A stretch of 64,000 nt of DNA from Isurus oxyrinchus. Lineage: Eukaryota. The stretch lies in NCBI GenBank assembly GCA_026770705.1, contig JANJGN010000055.1:1488001-1552000 (forward strand), in the 5' to 3' direction. This document shows positions 13,346 to 26,300 of the stretch, piece after piece (positions within the stretch are counted from its first letter, which is position 1; every line of letters starts with the position of its first letter). The translations under genes and the position numbers were made by a program. The notes beneath the pieces are model-generated. The model was not told the origin of the DNA. It worked only from the letters and a program-made list of their open reading frames with translations, and made no database searches.

Positions 13346-14264
13346 CACAATTACAGATGTTTAAGTACATTCTTTATCAAATGCTTTGGCAAGAATATTA
13401 AGAAAGTCCCTTACATAGACTTTTGTGTTTCAGACGGAATGTTTTGGTGTCTATATATTAAGGGTAAATTTAACTATTCAGAGTTATTTGTCTGCCCTTG
13501 AAACTTTTCCTGATGAAATCTCAGCAAAACTAACAGTTCGAGCTCTGGGTGGGAAGTATTCTGCAACCAGCGCCAGGGCCAGTTGGCTCTGAAAAATGTT
13601 GAACGGAGGCATTGGGCCATGCCAATTCCGAGAGGTTCCGAACCTCGACACCGAGATAGGCTACTGTCCAATCGTGGGTGTTATCAGTTCCGAACACCAG
13701 TGTGTTTCTCCGAGTCCGGGTCCCACTGTTTGAAATCCGACATCGAAAGGGGAGAGTAGCTGCAAATTATGTACATGCCTACGCAAGGTGGCATCGTCAA
13801 GTTCTGCAGTCGTATAATCAATAATCCTGTTTTGGCTTTGCCCACTCTTCCTACAGGAGATGTATACAGTTCCATTCCATAGCGGACGCCTGGTCCCTAG
13901 CACAAGTGGCGTGCGGTGTACAAGTTGGTACTAATGACCTGCCTGAGTGGAGCAGCTTTCAATTACTGCCTCAGTCTCTAGCTTGTGGTCGCAATGACAT
14001 GCACTGTATATGTATGATAAGTTTGGGATCAGATGATAATACCTGGCATAAACTTTCCAAACAGGGATCTGTGAGAACATTAAGTGGAAATGTCGCTGTA
14101 TCGTTTGAGAATATAATATTCTAGCTTCTGACTCTGCCAGATTCCACACTCTTTTTCTACACTCCCTCCCTTTTAATTTTAACTCAAGGTTTTATAGCCA
14201 TGCCTTAGCCACGGAGAATGTTAGGTAAATAATTACTAGCCATTTTCCCTTCTCTCTTTTACTG

Positions 14265-15143
14265 TAAATTAGTGTTGTTTCTGATCCTCACTCGACATGC
14301 ACCACTCGCTACCTGGAAGCAATGGCAGCGGTGGATGTACTACTCCTTATCACTGAAGGCATACTATATCAGATCAAACGATATTGTTTTCCAGTATCTT
14401 TTCATGAAATCACGCCTGTGTGTTCCAGAACATATGGCCTGATGTGTGCTGCAGCAGATCTTTCCGTCTGCTTCACCGTGACTTTCACCTTTGATCGATT
14501 TTTGACCATTTGTTGCCAGAGGCTGAAAAATCAATACTGCACTGAGAAAAATGCGGTGGTGGTGTTAGTAACGACAACCACGCTGTTCTGTTTCAAAAAC
14601 ATTCCTGTCTACTTTACGTTTGGACATGGGGAGTTTATCGAAGATTTATCATGGTTCTGTCGTTTGAAGAAAAGCTATTACACTGAACCTGAATGAGCTT
14701 TGTCTGGATTGATACAATATTCAGCCCATTGCTGCCATTTGCTTTAATTCTGTTCCTCAATGTTCTGACAGGCAGACGTTATAGTGTCCAGTCGAGTCAC
14801 TAAGGGGCTGAGGGTTCAGGGAAAGAATTGCAATGACCCTGAGATGGAAAGCAGAATCAAATCTGTGGTTTTAATCTTCAGCTTGGGCGGAAGCTTCATT
14901 CTTCTGTGGTTCACGTTATTAATAGAATTCCTGTATCATAGCATTTCAGGCATATTTTACAGCCATTACAGTGATTCTTCAGAAATATTTAAAACTGTTG
15001 GATGTATGCTGCGGAATATAAGTTGCTGCATAAACACAATTATTTCTGCAGTTACACAGTCCAAATTCAGAGAACAGTTAAGAAAGGTGGTGAAATATTC
15101 AGTTACATCTCTCATGCAAATGAGTATGAAAGCAAGGACCTGA
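14265..15143 (+). pseudogene. Exon 2 of GPR139/GPR142-like class A GPCR pseudogene A (TM1 end to C-terminus)
   Basis: Motifs TCTTRYLEAMAAVD (TM2), ADLSVCFTVTFTFDRFLTICCQRLKNQYCTEK (TM3, DRF), LLPFALILFLNVLT (TM5), DPEMESRIKSVVLIFSLGGSFILLW (TM6), SCCINTIISAVTQSKFREQL (TM7/helix 8). Lesions: TGA at 14694-14696, frameshifts, and an acceptor reading ttttactg instead of ..cag. Confidence 0.9.
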
Positions 15144-15659
15144 GAGCAGTCAGCTTGGTGTCTGCTGTTCGTAATCCATTAATGTAACATTTGCACTCGT
15201 AGTTTCATCAACTGTTTTCCAGCAGAATACAGTGCAGGCCTCAAAGCAGCAGAACCCCTAGCCTAATAACCCCGCCCCCCCACTCGCAACGTACCCGCCT
15301 TGTCCTCCCACCCCCCAGATCAATCACCCACGCTCACAGCCAACACAGCCACTTTCAGTTTCTTCGCGAATTGGAATCATTCTCTCTAAATTCATTCATC
15401 AGTGGCTGTTGACTCCAAACTTCTTCCAGGCAACTGCCTGAGGCTGAAACGTTCGTTTCACATTTTCGCATCTGAAGCCTACCTGGACCCGTCAAGGCCT
15501 GATGCTTCCATTAGTGTACAGCTAACACAAAGCAAGAGAAGTGATAACAAGTTTAGTGGAGGGTGTCGGGAGCATCCTAGTTCTGACAATTGGCCGCAAT
15601 TAACATTGGCAGTGGGTTTGGATTTAATAATACAACTTTAAAAAAAAGAGAACTGGAAA

Positions 15660-15924
15660 TTTCATAATTTTCAAATGATAGGCAATTTGGAAGTTTGGGA
15701 AAGAGTTGGTATATTACTAATCGATTACAGCAGGGCAGCAATTGTTTTGCAGAATTGGAAGATGATTGGCAGTCCGAATTTAATATATATACATTTGAGG
15801 CTTTGCATTTTATAAGAAAGTATAGGAAAATTAATTACATACTTAATGCATAACTCTACGGAAGGCACAATAACTTAAGGGCCTACGTGTTAATGTGTAT
15901 TGATCTGCAAATGTGGTAGTTAAT
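15660..15924 (+). mobile_element. CR1 RT remnant, left part (continues at ~21815-21930 beyond the LTR element)
   Basis: gattggcag..gaatttaat and the later gtacataacagggaagttaaaatgg are consecutive degenerate CR1 RT 3' segments on either side of the LTR retrotransposon. Confidence 0.45.
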
Positions 15925-16815
15925 TATTAAACACCATTTACTTTTATTCCTGTTTGATTATGGATTAACATTACAATGGCTGCACTTCGAAATTCATGGC
16001 TACTGGAACAGTGTGAGGGCTGTTATTCAAATTTGCTGTCCTGTAGCATTTTGCCATGAAAGACAGCGTAGTTCGAGGAGGAGTCTGTCCTAACGGAGAA
16101 TTGCTTGGCCACACCTGAACGTGTGAACAGCGCTTTTTCTCTTCTGTGAGAGCAGTACAGTATTAAAATATAAACACCTGGCATGAAAAGGAAAATACCT
16201 AAAACCTATTTTTATGCTGTGCGTGTAAGATTCCACTGATTATTCAGTAATACCTAATTGCTTTCCCCCCTCTTATCTCCATAACTTGCTCTCTCCCCGA
16301 AAAACACCTGTCAAGCGCGAAAGGGGGAAATCACCGTTAGAGTCATTGAAAAACTGGTGATCAGCGAATGACATAAAGATTTAAATTGTGGGAGAGGCCA
16401 CATCGTGTCATAAGCATACAACTGAAAGGAATTTGGAAGTCATCAATGAAACTCAACACTTCGAATCGTATACTAAGCAACTGGTGCTTTAGAACAATTT
16501 TATCCGACCCTTAATATTCGTGTTTTTGTTTGCCTTATGTGCCTTGTATGTGTGTGTGTATAGGGAATTAGAAAGGGTAGCGTTTACGTTATAGAATCAG
16601 AAATTAGCGGTTCATATTTCTTTTTTTTTTGTCACTGGTTCAGGACAATTCGTTCACTAATCTGTTAGTGAATTTATAAGTGTACAATCCTGGTAGTCCT
16701 ATTTAGATAATCTTAGTTAACCAATTACGTTGCTTGATCAAATTATCCACATTTGTTGCGGATTGGGAGAGGTGGTGCTTGATATTGCAGTACACCAACC
16801 CCACTGAGTCATGCT
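15925..16815 (+). repeat. 5' LTR of element 1
   Basis: Direct repeat of 20944-21813 (attacaatggctg.actt.gaa..catg.ctactggaaca; cacatttgt...atattgcag). Confidence 0.8.
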
Positions 16816-16821
16816 GAAGCT

Positions 16822-16840
16822 TGGGGGCTCTTCCTGGGAT
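16822..16840 (+). promoter_or_regulatory. Primer-binding site, tRNA-Pro-like
   Basis: tgggggctcttcctgggat versus the tRNA-Pro PBS TGGGGGCTCGTCCGGGAT, immediately after the 5' LTR. Confidence 0.75.
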
Positions 16841-17624
16841 AATTTGGAACAAAGGACAGTAAGGTTTTGAATCTATAACATGGAAGTAATTGTAGCTCAA
16901 AGGAAAGGCCAGGCTTGTGCTGTCAAAAAAAGGTGGCACTGGAAAATGCTCAAGCTTTCCCGCAATTCGAAGAGGTGCTCCAGACGATTTCACAAGAGAT
17001 CTCAAAAACCTGGTTAAACAAATTGACAAGCAAATTAAGAGTTGCATTGACTGAAAACGAAAGCGGGGCAGAGATAATCGAAGGGATATCACAGTATTTA
17101 AAATTGGGAGGAGTACCTGAGTCATCGAGCTCTCCAAGGGCTAATTCATTTGAATGGGCTCAAAATGCAGTTGGATAAAGAAACAAACATTGGAACTGCA
17201 CGTAGCACAAAAAAGAGGAGAACGGCATTTCAAAGGGAACAGCAGCGGGGAGAAGGAAAATAAAAATGGAAATATGAAGATTTGGTCTCTGGCGGGAATT
17301 ATAAATGGTGAGGATTGAAAAGGAAGAACAAGAGAAAAGAAAAAACAACATCCAGTGGGAAGATGTTTAAATGTGTACCAGCTCTTCCAAAGTTTTGGGA
17401 AGCGATGTTGAATCATTCTTTCTTTTATTTGAGAAAACTCCAGAACATTTGAAAAGCTGAAGAAAAATTGGACATTGCCCATGCAGAATTAATTGTCAGG
17501 TAGAGTAAAGGAAATGCATGCTTCATGGTCAGATGAGGTTTCTAGGGATCATGGTTAATTTTGAGTGCATATGAATTGGCCCCTGAAGCATGCAGACAAC
17601 AGTTTCAAAATTTCAGGAAAGCTT

Positions 17625-17975
17625 TATTTGATTGAATGTGGGCGCCAAAAAACAGGCAGGCATTTATTGTCCACCCCTCATTGCCCATTTTTAGAACCAA
17701 CCTCCTGGCTCTGACCTGCAGTCATATGCAGGTCAGACAAGGTAACGACAACAGATTTGTTACCCCTAAATTACATAGTTGAACCAGCTTATTTTATTTT
17801 GCCACAGTCCACAATGGTTCCATACGCATCACTGGACTTTTAATTGCGGACTTTTGCTCAATTCAAATTCCATGATCTGTTGTGGCGGGATTCAGTCCTC
17901 AGCCTGGAGTTCATCATCCACACTGTAGTGATTATTCGTCTAGCGACAATAACACTATGCCATCGCCTCCCCTCT
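17625..17975 (-). repeat. SINE/CR1-tail-type insertion inside gag of element 1
   Basis: Interrupts the gag homology. Contains gcatttattg.ccacccct, shared with repeats at ~38690 and ~49420. Confidence 0.55.
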
Positions 17976-20943
17976 TGAAATGTTATACAAAGTAGGTTTG
18001 GAAGATGAATGCAACCAGTTCAATTTTAAATTATCTATAAAATCCTCTGAGATGTCAGTCTCTTGGAAGAATTAAAAAAATCTCTACCTCGTGCATTAAT
18101 ACCCCATATAATAAGAAGACCACATGGATGCAACTGTAAGACGGAACTAATAATGGATAACGATAATGAACTTATCCATGAAAACTGAACATTATTTTCT
18201 ACCACCTCAATGAATCTGAGAAGGATAGAAAGTGAGGCAGTGAAGGGAGGAAATGTAGCCAGGGTAGATAAAGGATATATGGGGGTAACTTGTGATCTCC
18301 TCCTCAGATCAGGAAATAAGGTACTGAGTGCGGAGGTGAAACTGGGTGTCCAAAGTGTTTTCAACGTAATAAAATGGAACACATTAGTTCATAATGCTGG
18401 AAGTAGCTAGGGAAGCCAATGGGACTGGTTCGAGTCTGTAAGAGTGAGTCCGAAAAGGGAACTCAAAATAAAATGCCATTGATAAAATTGTAACCTTAAC
18501 TGCAAATAAGGCACCGGAGTTAAACATTTCCGTGAATGCAGTTGAAGTGAATAATTTAGAAATGAGATATAAAGAGTTTTGTCCAAAGGAAAGGCAAGCC
18601 TTTTTTCATCAAACAATGCACCTGAACGCATAGCTATTTTAACGGAGACAGGAGCTACTCAAACTCATTTGCAGAAGAATGACCTAGTTTTTCCAAGAGA
18701 CAGATAAGCTATTCATTATTGCTATAAGTGCAGAGTGCATCCCAGTTCCATTTTACAAAGGGCATATTGATTTTGATTTGTTTTCTGCATCAGCTATGCT
18801 AGGCTTGGTGAAGAAATTATCTGTGAATGAAGTTGATTTTCTCCTGGAGAATCATGTGGAGCAAAGGTTATATCTTTGCCCGTAATTACAGAATGCCCAA
18901 GGGAGGTTAAAGCGATGGAGCAGTTATATATATAAAAAAAATATCCTGCAGTGTTTCCATCCTGCGAGATGACCAGGACAATGGCTTAATAAAGCCTGTC
19001 ATCAGTTGTTAAAGTCATACCATGAACAGATTATCGAGTAGTAGAGACTTTATGTGAAGGTTGAGCATAAATCAAAGGAAGTATTTTGAATGACTCTATT
19101 AATTGAGGTTCAGAAAACAGGTCCAGAATTTAAGCAAGTTACCACAGTCACTCACACTGAAGCTGAGGTGGATGTATTTCTGGAGTGCAGTTCCATTAAA
19201 AATTGAGATTTGATGAGGGATTTGAGGCACCGTCATAGGCTTTCAGATGAGGAATGTACTGCTATTCATCACATGGTGTTACTGCCCAAATTGCCTAGGG
19301 AGGTATTGTGAGTAGCACATGAAATTCCTACGGCAGGACATTTAGGAAGAGAGAAAACCTAAGCATTGGCAAACAACTTTTACCTGGTCAAGACTTCATA
19401 AGGACATATAGCAATTTTGTAAATGGTGTCTAAATTTCAGTTAGAAGGTAAACACCAAATGTAATCACGTTTACCATTTAATACCCATACTAGCTTTTGA
19501 AGAAACTTTCAGTTGGTTATTAATAGATTGTGTAACACCACTATCCAGAAGGAAAGCAGAGCATCAGCATTTCCTTACAATTATTAAAATGACAACCAGA
19601 TTTCCAGATGTTATTCCTTTAAGAACAATTTTAGCTAAGGTGGAACTGGATAGCTTAACTCAGTATTTCCCTCATTGTGGCGTACGAATTGAAATACAAC
19701 CTGACCAAGGCTCTAACTTCATGTCTAAAATTTTTCATTGAGCTTTTTGGTTATCAGGCAACTAAACTCTACGGCCTAATATGAGCATGAAAAAAACACA
19801 GGGAGGTTTAGATCGATATCATCTGGCTCTCAAAACCATGAATATGATCGATTGCCCTTAATAACTAAAGTTTCGGACAAAAGATTGGCTTTCTTACTAT
19901 TTGCTGCAAATTATTATCGAAATGTGTCTATTGGATTTAGTCCACTCAAATGGCTCTATAATCTTGAAATAAGAGTTTAATTAAAAAGAGATAAATGAAA
20001 CTTTCCTGAGGTAGAAATATGAGTCCAACATTTTGGATTATGTTTCAATTTTCCTAGAATGTCTGACAGGAACATGTTAAGCAGTTAGTGCACCTGTTTA
20101 AGCAATTGCAGTTTTATGGCTTTGTAATAAATCTGGCCAATAGTGAATTTGCAAAAGCATGAGTAACTTACATACGTCACACCGTAGGAAGAGAACACGT
20201 CAATCAGTATAAGTGAACTCACTAGTAAGAAAACCCATTCTTGAAAATAATACAAAAATCATGAGAGTTTATTGAGTGTGTGGGTTTTATCTGAAGTTAA
20301 TAAATTAACAAGTGTTGGCTACCCCTGACTTTAACAACACTTTCAAAATGGCAGTTCATGCTAATGACTCGGTGGTATGAGCAGTCCTCCTGCAAAATGA
20401 TAAAGTGAGGATAGATAGGCTGGTCGGGTACTTTTAAAGAATCTAAATCATTATCAGATAAAGTACATGACAGTGGATGAACAATTGTAGCATTGTTTTC
20501 ATCTCTTCAACATTTGGAAGTTTATGCCTGACACCATGGCGAAAAACACTAAATTATATTTACCAGATCCTACTGGAGTTCTTTGAAACGTTTGAAGCTT
20601 GAAATGTGAGAATTTTTTGGAGGAGTGTATTATTTCCAACGTTAAAAGAATCACATATCCAGCAAAAACAATGTGTATGCACACGGGTTGTCCCGGCTTT
20701 AAATTAAACTCCTAAAATAAGTTAAAGAGGTAAGAGAAGCAGAAGGTTTTATAAGACTGGATAATGTGATCTGGGGGCGGTGGGCAGGGGGGTGGGGGGT
20801 GGGGGGTGTGTAGAACTGGTGGGTCGGATGTGGGGTTGGTGGCTAAATGGAATAAGTATCATGTTTTCTTGTCCATGTGGCACATGCCCAGTGATTAAAC
20901 GAATTTTTGAAATAGTGTTTAATTTTTCTTAAGGGCATAGGGA

Positions 20944-21813
20944 TGTAAAGGATATTCATTTTTTCCTGTTGGAATGTGTATTAAAATTACAATGGCTGTA
21001 CTTTGGAAGACATGTCTACTGGAACAATTTGAAAGATATATACAATGTTGCTGTCCCGGACCAGGATGTACCTTGAAAAACAGAATGGTGCCAAGGAAGA
21101 GTCTGGTCTAATGTGGAATTGCCTGGCACCAGCATTTTAATTGGCCGCTGACTGGGTGAAAAGAATTTATTTTTGTGTGTGGGAGTGTAGTGCAGCAGAG
21201 AAAAGTTCCTAGACAGAAAGGGGAAAATAAGTGAAAACTCCTGTTCTTTCAGCACTGGAATAATACACGATTCCAGTTAGTCTCCAATAACAGCTATTTT
21301 TTGGGGGGGAAAATTCGTCAAGAGTAAAAGTGGAAACCACCATTAGGGACATTGAAAAGCAAGTGCACAACGAGTGAACTAAGAAATAAAAGTGCTGGGA
21401 AGAACAACTCTGGCAATCGACAAAAGTAAAATGTAATTTGGAAACTACCGATGAAAAATCAACTCATGGAGTCTTGCACTCTGCAGTTGGTGTTTTTGAT
21501 CTATTTATCTGACCCTTGAAATGCATGTTTTTGTGCGCATTATGCATCATGCATATGTAAGGGACATAAGAAGGTTTTTATAAGAATTTAATAAGATCTT
21601 GAATTTAGGTTATATAGTTAGAAATTAGCACTTCATACATTGTTCTATTGCCAAAACAAAATTATTAACTAATTAAGTTTAAAATACTGGTTTTCGTATT
21701 TTGTTAACCTCAACTGAACAATTAAGTGGTTTGATGAATCTTTTCACATTTGTCGTGGCTCAGGGAGCAGTGGGCTGAATATTGCAGCCCACAATCCCCA
21801 GTAAGTCGTGAAA
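20944..21813 (+). repeat. 3' LTR of element 1
   Basis: Starts with TG right after a degenerate polypurine tract (aagggcataggga). Homologous to 15925-16815. Confidence 0.8.
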
Positions 21814-22661
21814 AGTTTGGAACAATAGTTACCATCGCACATGCTGCCTGGGGCTTCGGAAATTGTGGTGCGAGTACATAACAGGGAAGTTAAAATGGAA
21901 TCTCTGTAACCCTGATTAAGCATTGACTGCATTGTTGCCTCCACTTGCAATCGAACCAGTAGTCTGGACTCTGTAGGCTATATTTGCCCCAAGAGTGGAA
22001 AAATGCCATCAGCATTTATACTGGCTATGCTCCTCCTGATCATGTACGTCTCAATGCATTTTGTTCTGAAAATCATTTGCCAACTGTTACTCTCAAATGA
22101 AATACTGTGGTGCAACATGGTCTATGAACAATTTATTCAAGCCGAATTGGAATGATAAGAACTTCTTCCTTGAGGGAATTAGATTGTGTCGATCATGCTA
22201 TTTTAATAGATTTGGTTGCACCAAGCAAGATATTGATCACCTTAATTTTACAACAGGTACACATGCAGATACATTACTGACCTTACTGCTACTCAAATGG
22301 ACCTTATAGATATTTGAGTGGCCTCAATGGATTGTAATTAATAGGCACTTTTATTACTGGATTCATTACTCATTTAAATATATCACTCTTTAACAATATG
22401 CTACAACTTTAGATGCATCAATGGTATCACTTATGCTTTAACCTCCCATCTAGATATTTCACGGACGTCACTTGTACTGCAAATACCGATCTACATATGT
22501 AACACTGGTCTCACGTGTACTGTAAATAAATATCCAGCCATTGCATTGCCAACTCATAACATACGTGCTCATACAATTATCGCAATGTATGCATTAGTCC
22601 TATAGCCTCCAATCCGTATTTTACTGACATAAGTTGCACTGTAGCACCCCATTAAGAATAA

Positions 22662-23395
22662 TGTCATGAAACAATTAACGTAATTTTTCTGGAGCATATT
22701 TTTATGTTAAAATAAATGTTTACTTTGCGGGTGTGTCTTACATATATTAAGGTTGGTAGCCTGGGTGCTTTGATGGACACTAGTGTTGTTATGGAAAATA
22801 GGTAGTGTGCATTTGGATTTTTAAGTGGAACATTCAAGATGTTCTGTGAAAGCTTGATGCCAATCTAACAGATGCTAAGCCATATGTTTATATTAATAAT
22901 AAAATTTGTAGTAAATGGTTTCTTTCTTAAAAGGTGAAGTTGGAAAATGCTGGTCAGACAATGGAGATTTGGATTGAATCATTGGTGGTAGTTATAACTT
23001 TAGCAATTTTCGGGTGTACAGAGCAGTGGCAACGTGAGATCAAAAGGCAAGACTCTATCTGACTTGAAAGAAACATCATTGTTAATCTTTAAATAGAAAA
23101 TGCTTTGCCTGGTGTTCGGTTAAGTCTATGGGTGGCTTTTGCCGCAATGGAGGTTAGTTTGGGAATTTGTTAAATGTTTTGTTCATAGCCACGTGCATAT
23201 ATTTAAAATGTATAAGTTAATAAAATGTTTCAATTAATTTAATGTAACATCTCGCTAACTGGTGGCCTGTTTCCTAAATTTATAGTTGCATCTCAAACAT
23301 AACATGTACATGTATAGGTTATGACAACTGTTTAAAATTACCCTCTGATTTTTTTTAAGTACCCCGCTTTACTAACTGCATTGGGCAAAAAAACA
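22662..23395 (+). repeat. 5' LTR of element 2 (TG...CA), followed by a degenerate tRNA-Pro-like PBS at 23397-23414
   Basis: Begins tgtca, ends aaca. Homologous to 28402-29125. tggaggatcgtcgagcat follows. Confidence 0.8.
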
Positions 23396-26300
23396 ATGGA
23401 GGATCGTCGAGCATACAATATAATTCTTATTCCTCATTTGGTTACGATTTGGTGAATCTGAAGCTTACTAGCTCGAGAGGCACTTTGAATTCCAGAGTTG
23501 ATGGGATAGGTTGTCTTCGGCAATTGCTAAAACATCTCTGGGACTAGAAGGGAGAACACTGATTGATTTGAAAAGAATAACCAGAATTAATTTAACAGAG
23601 TTGGCAGTTAAGTCATAATTGAGCTTACTTGTGGGGGCTAGGAAATCTGGTATAGTTAAAAGCATAGCGCAACATCTACAGTTAGATGTTAAACAAGATA
23701 CTTGTGGGTCACAGCTGGAGGTGGTGAGGCTTCAGTTGCAAATGAAAAAAAAAATAATTAGAAGCAAAGGATAGAGCAATGGCTTTTAAAAGGGAATTAA
23801 AAAATGTAAAGATGGGGATTGAGGAAATAGAAAGAGAGAGAAAAACAAAATTCCAAATGAAAACGGCAGTTAAAAAATTGATGTCAACAGATGGGGAAGG
23901 ATTTGTCTCCAGATTAGAACACAGTGGGGATATGTTTAACTTTGTATAAGCTCTCCCAAATCTTGAGGATAAAATGTTGAAGCATTCTTAATTTCGGCCT
24001 GACAAGTTAGCTAAACAGATGAAATGGTCACAGGAAAACTGAACATTATTACAACAGTGTAACTTCTAAAGTAGTGGGCATCAGGTATATGATACGATTT
24101 AAGAAGAAATTTTGGTGAATTATGCGGTGATGAAAAAGTTGGTTTGATTACGCATGCATTGGTTCACGAAGCACACAAATAGGAATTGAAGGATATGAGA
24201 TAACAACTTTCGGAATATTATATTTAGTTTGAAAGATTAAAAAAATAATAATTTTCAACATTGGATGTGTGCATTAAAAATAGAGACAACTTATGTAGCA
24301 CTTAGTGGAGTCATTCTTTTGGAAGAAGTTAAATTTTCAATCTCTTCCTTATGAGAACTCATGTGGAAGAACAGAGGATTGATTCTCTAAGACAAGCAGC
24401 AGAGATAGTTGAGATTACAAATTAGTTTGTAGATCTAAAACCTTTTCTCTGTCATCCTTTCAAATTGTTTCTTTTTAAAACGAGGAATGGTGAAAGGAAG
24501 GGAGGAAGTCCTTTAAGAGAGTGAGAAGCTGGAAGTTCCCAGGAAGTATTTTTAAGAACAAAATGATGACAGCTGAAGTCAGAAGTGACATTTAGAAATT
24601 GAGGCGTTTTCAATGTAGTAAAGTAGGGCACAACAAGTCAGCGTGTTTCAAGAAAAATCTGCAGCAATTACTGGGGTGCAGAAAAGCTCTGAAACTAAAG
24701 GTACTGTGGGTTCTGAGGTTCAGGAACAGGAGAGACCAATGGTTTGTGTACATGTGTAACAGTGAGAGTCAGTGAAATATAAAGAATATGGATTGCGTTC
24801 ACAGTTTACACAAGAAAATTCTGAAGAACAGGTTGCAGAAATGTTGAAAGATTTTGTTGGTGAAGAAAAAGTCTTTCCATATGTTAGATATTAAAATTTG
24901 AAAAGTCACAAAGACTGGTTAACCATTAATGTTTGTGGGATAGTGCTGTTTTTTGTTGACGGAGTGTGTTACAGGAGAAGATAATAAATAATGGGGTTCA
25001 TGGAGACTCCATTTCAGCGTGGAAGGAAATTTAAAGAGCAGATGGGAGGCGGGTGAAGTTATAGTTGGAGCGGTGGAAATATTGTCCATTACAGTGGTTC
25101 ATTTTTGTCTGGGCAATTATATAGCTGAAACGCAAATGTGTGTGCTTCCTATGGTTGTTTAGCAGCCTGTAGAAGTGTTTTCAACAGAAGTGCAACAGAA
25201 GGAACATCCTTGATGATTTCGTGATTGTGTTATAACAGGATCCAAAGCCATTAGGGAAGAACAAAAGAATCAAGATAAGCAGACAGTTCAAACGCAATAA
25301 GAAGGTGTCGAAATCCTTTTAGCTGTAAGTGTATTGGATAATATTGTTCAAGAGGAAGGCATTCTGGACAGTTCAGTTGAAGTGTTTAAGACAAGAGGTT
25401 AGTGGAGTTACAGGAAAATTATTTGCAATTAAAAGAGTTTGATCAGAAAGCTTATTCAGAAACCGAAGCTAAGGTTATTCCAGTATGTTATTATCTTCGA
25501 GGGAATATATTAATGAAAATCGGAAGTGGAATCATGCCTCAGCAACTGAGAGTTGAAGGGATCTCCGTCAAATTAATATCCCATTAGGTTATAGAAATGA
25601 TATTCTAAGGATTAATCATTAAATTCCAAAGGGGCGGGTGGTGTTGACGGGCGAGGGAAGGGTGGGGTGGGGGAATAGGCGCTGGTGCGAGTGGTGACAT
25701 TTAGGAATCAGGAGAAAAACATGAAAATATAGAGAGGTTTTTTTTTTTCTTTTTTTGGCCAGGATTGCATAGAGACTTGGTTAAATTCTGTGGAAAGTGT
25801 CATATATGTGAAGTAACAGGAAAATAATAAATAGTGATTAAGCCTGCGACATTAATCTGAATACTTGCATTTGGCGAAACTTTTACCAGCTTCATTATTG
25901 ATTGTGTAGGGCAACTCACCAAAATTAAAAGTGGAAATAGTTTGTTATTGACAATAATGGATCTGCCTGTTAGGTTTCCTGAAGTAAATTATTTAACAAA
26001 TATTGCAACTAAGAAATTTGAGTAGGAGATAATTATTTGTTTTATCAGATATGGTACACTGAAGGGAAAATAATCAGATCAGGGGTAAAATTTCATGACA
26101 CAGCTTTTTACGGAAGTAATGAATAGTGTGGGGTAAAGTCAACAGCTTAACATCCAGATTCAAAAGGATCATTGGGAGGGTGGCATCAACTTTAAAAACT
26201 ATGTTAAGAGCATACTGTCAGAATTATGCTCGGGATTTGTATGCGGGAATTCCATGTCAGTTACTAGTCATTAGCGATGCTTTGAATGGATCTACTGGCT

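Larger units (their letters stand above)
15925..21813 (+). mobile_element. Gmr1-like Ty3/gypsy LTR retrotransposon 1, decayed, most of RT deleted
   Basis: Paired LTRs. Gag remnants (ORF 16915-17178; AYELAPEACRQQF at ~17570), degenerate protease ILTETGATQT at ~18640, integrase (HEIP..GHLG ~19320, LIDCV ~19520, IQPDQGSNFMS ~19695), then RT end and RNase H (~20100-20700). Integrase lies upstream of RT. Confidence 0.85.

Noticed and set aside
13500-13930. CpG-richer island with ORF 13661-13903 (-) inside the GPCR intron
   Set aside because: No protein or RNA family recognised and no terminal repeats; cannot be supported without a database search.
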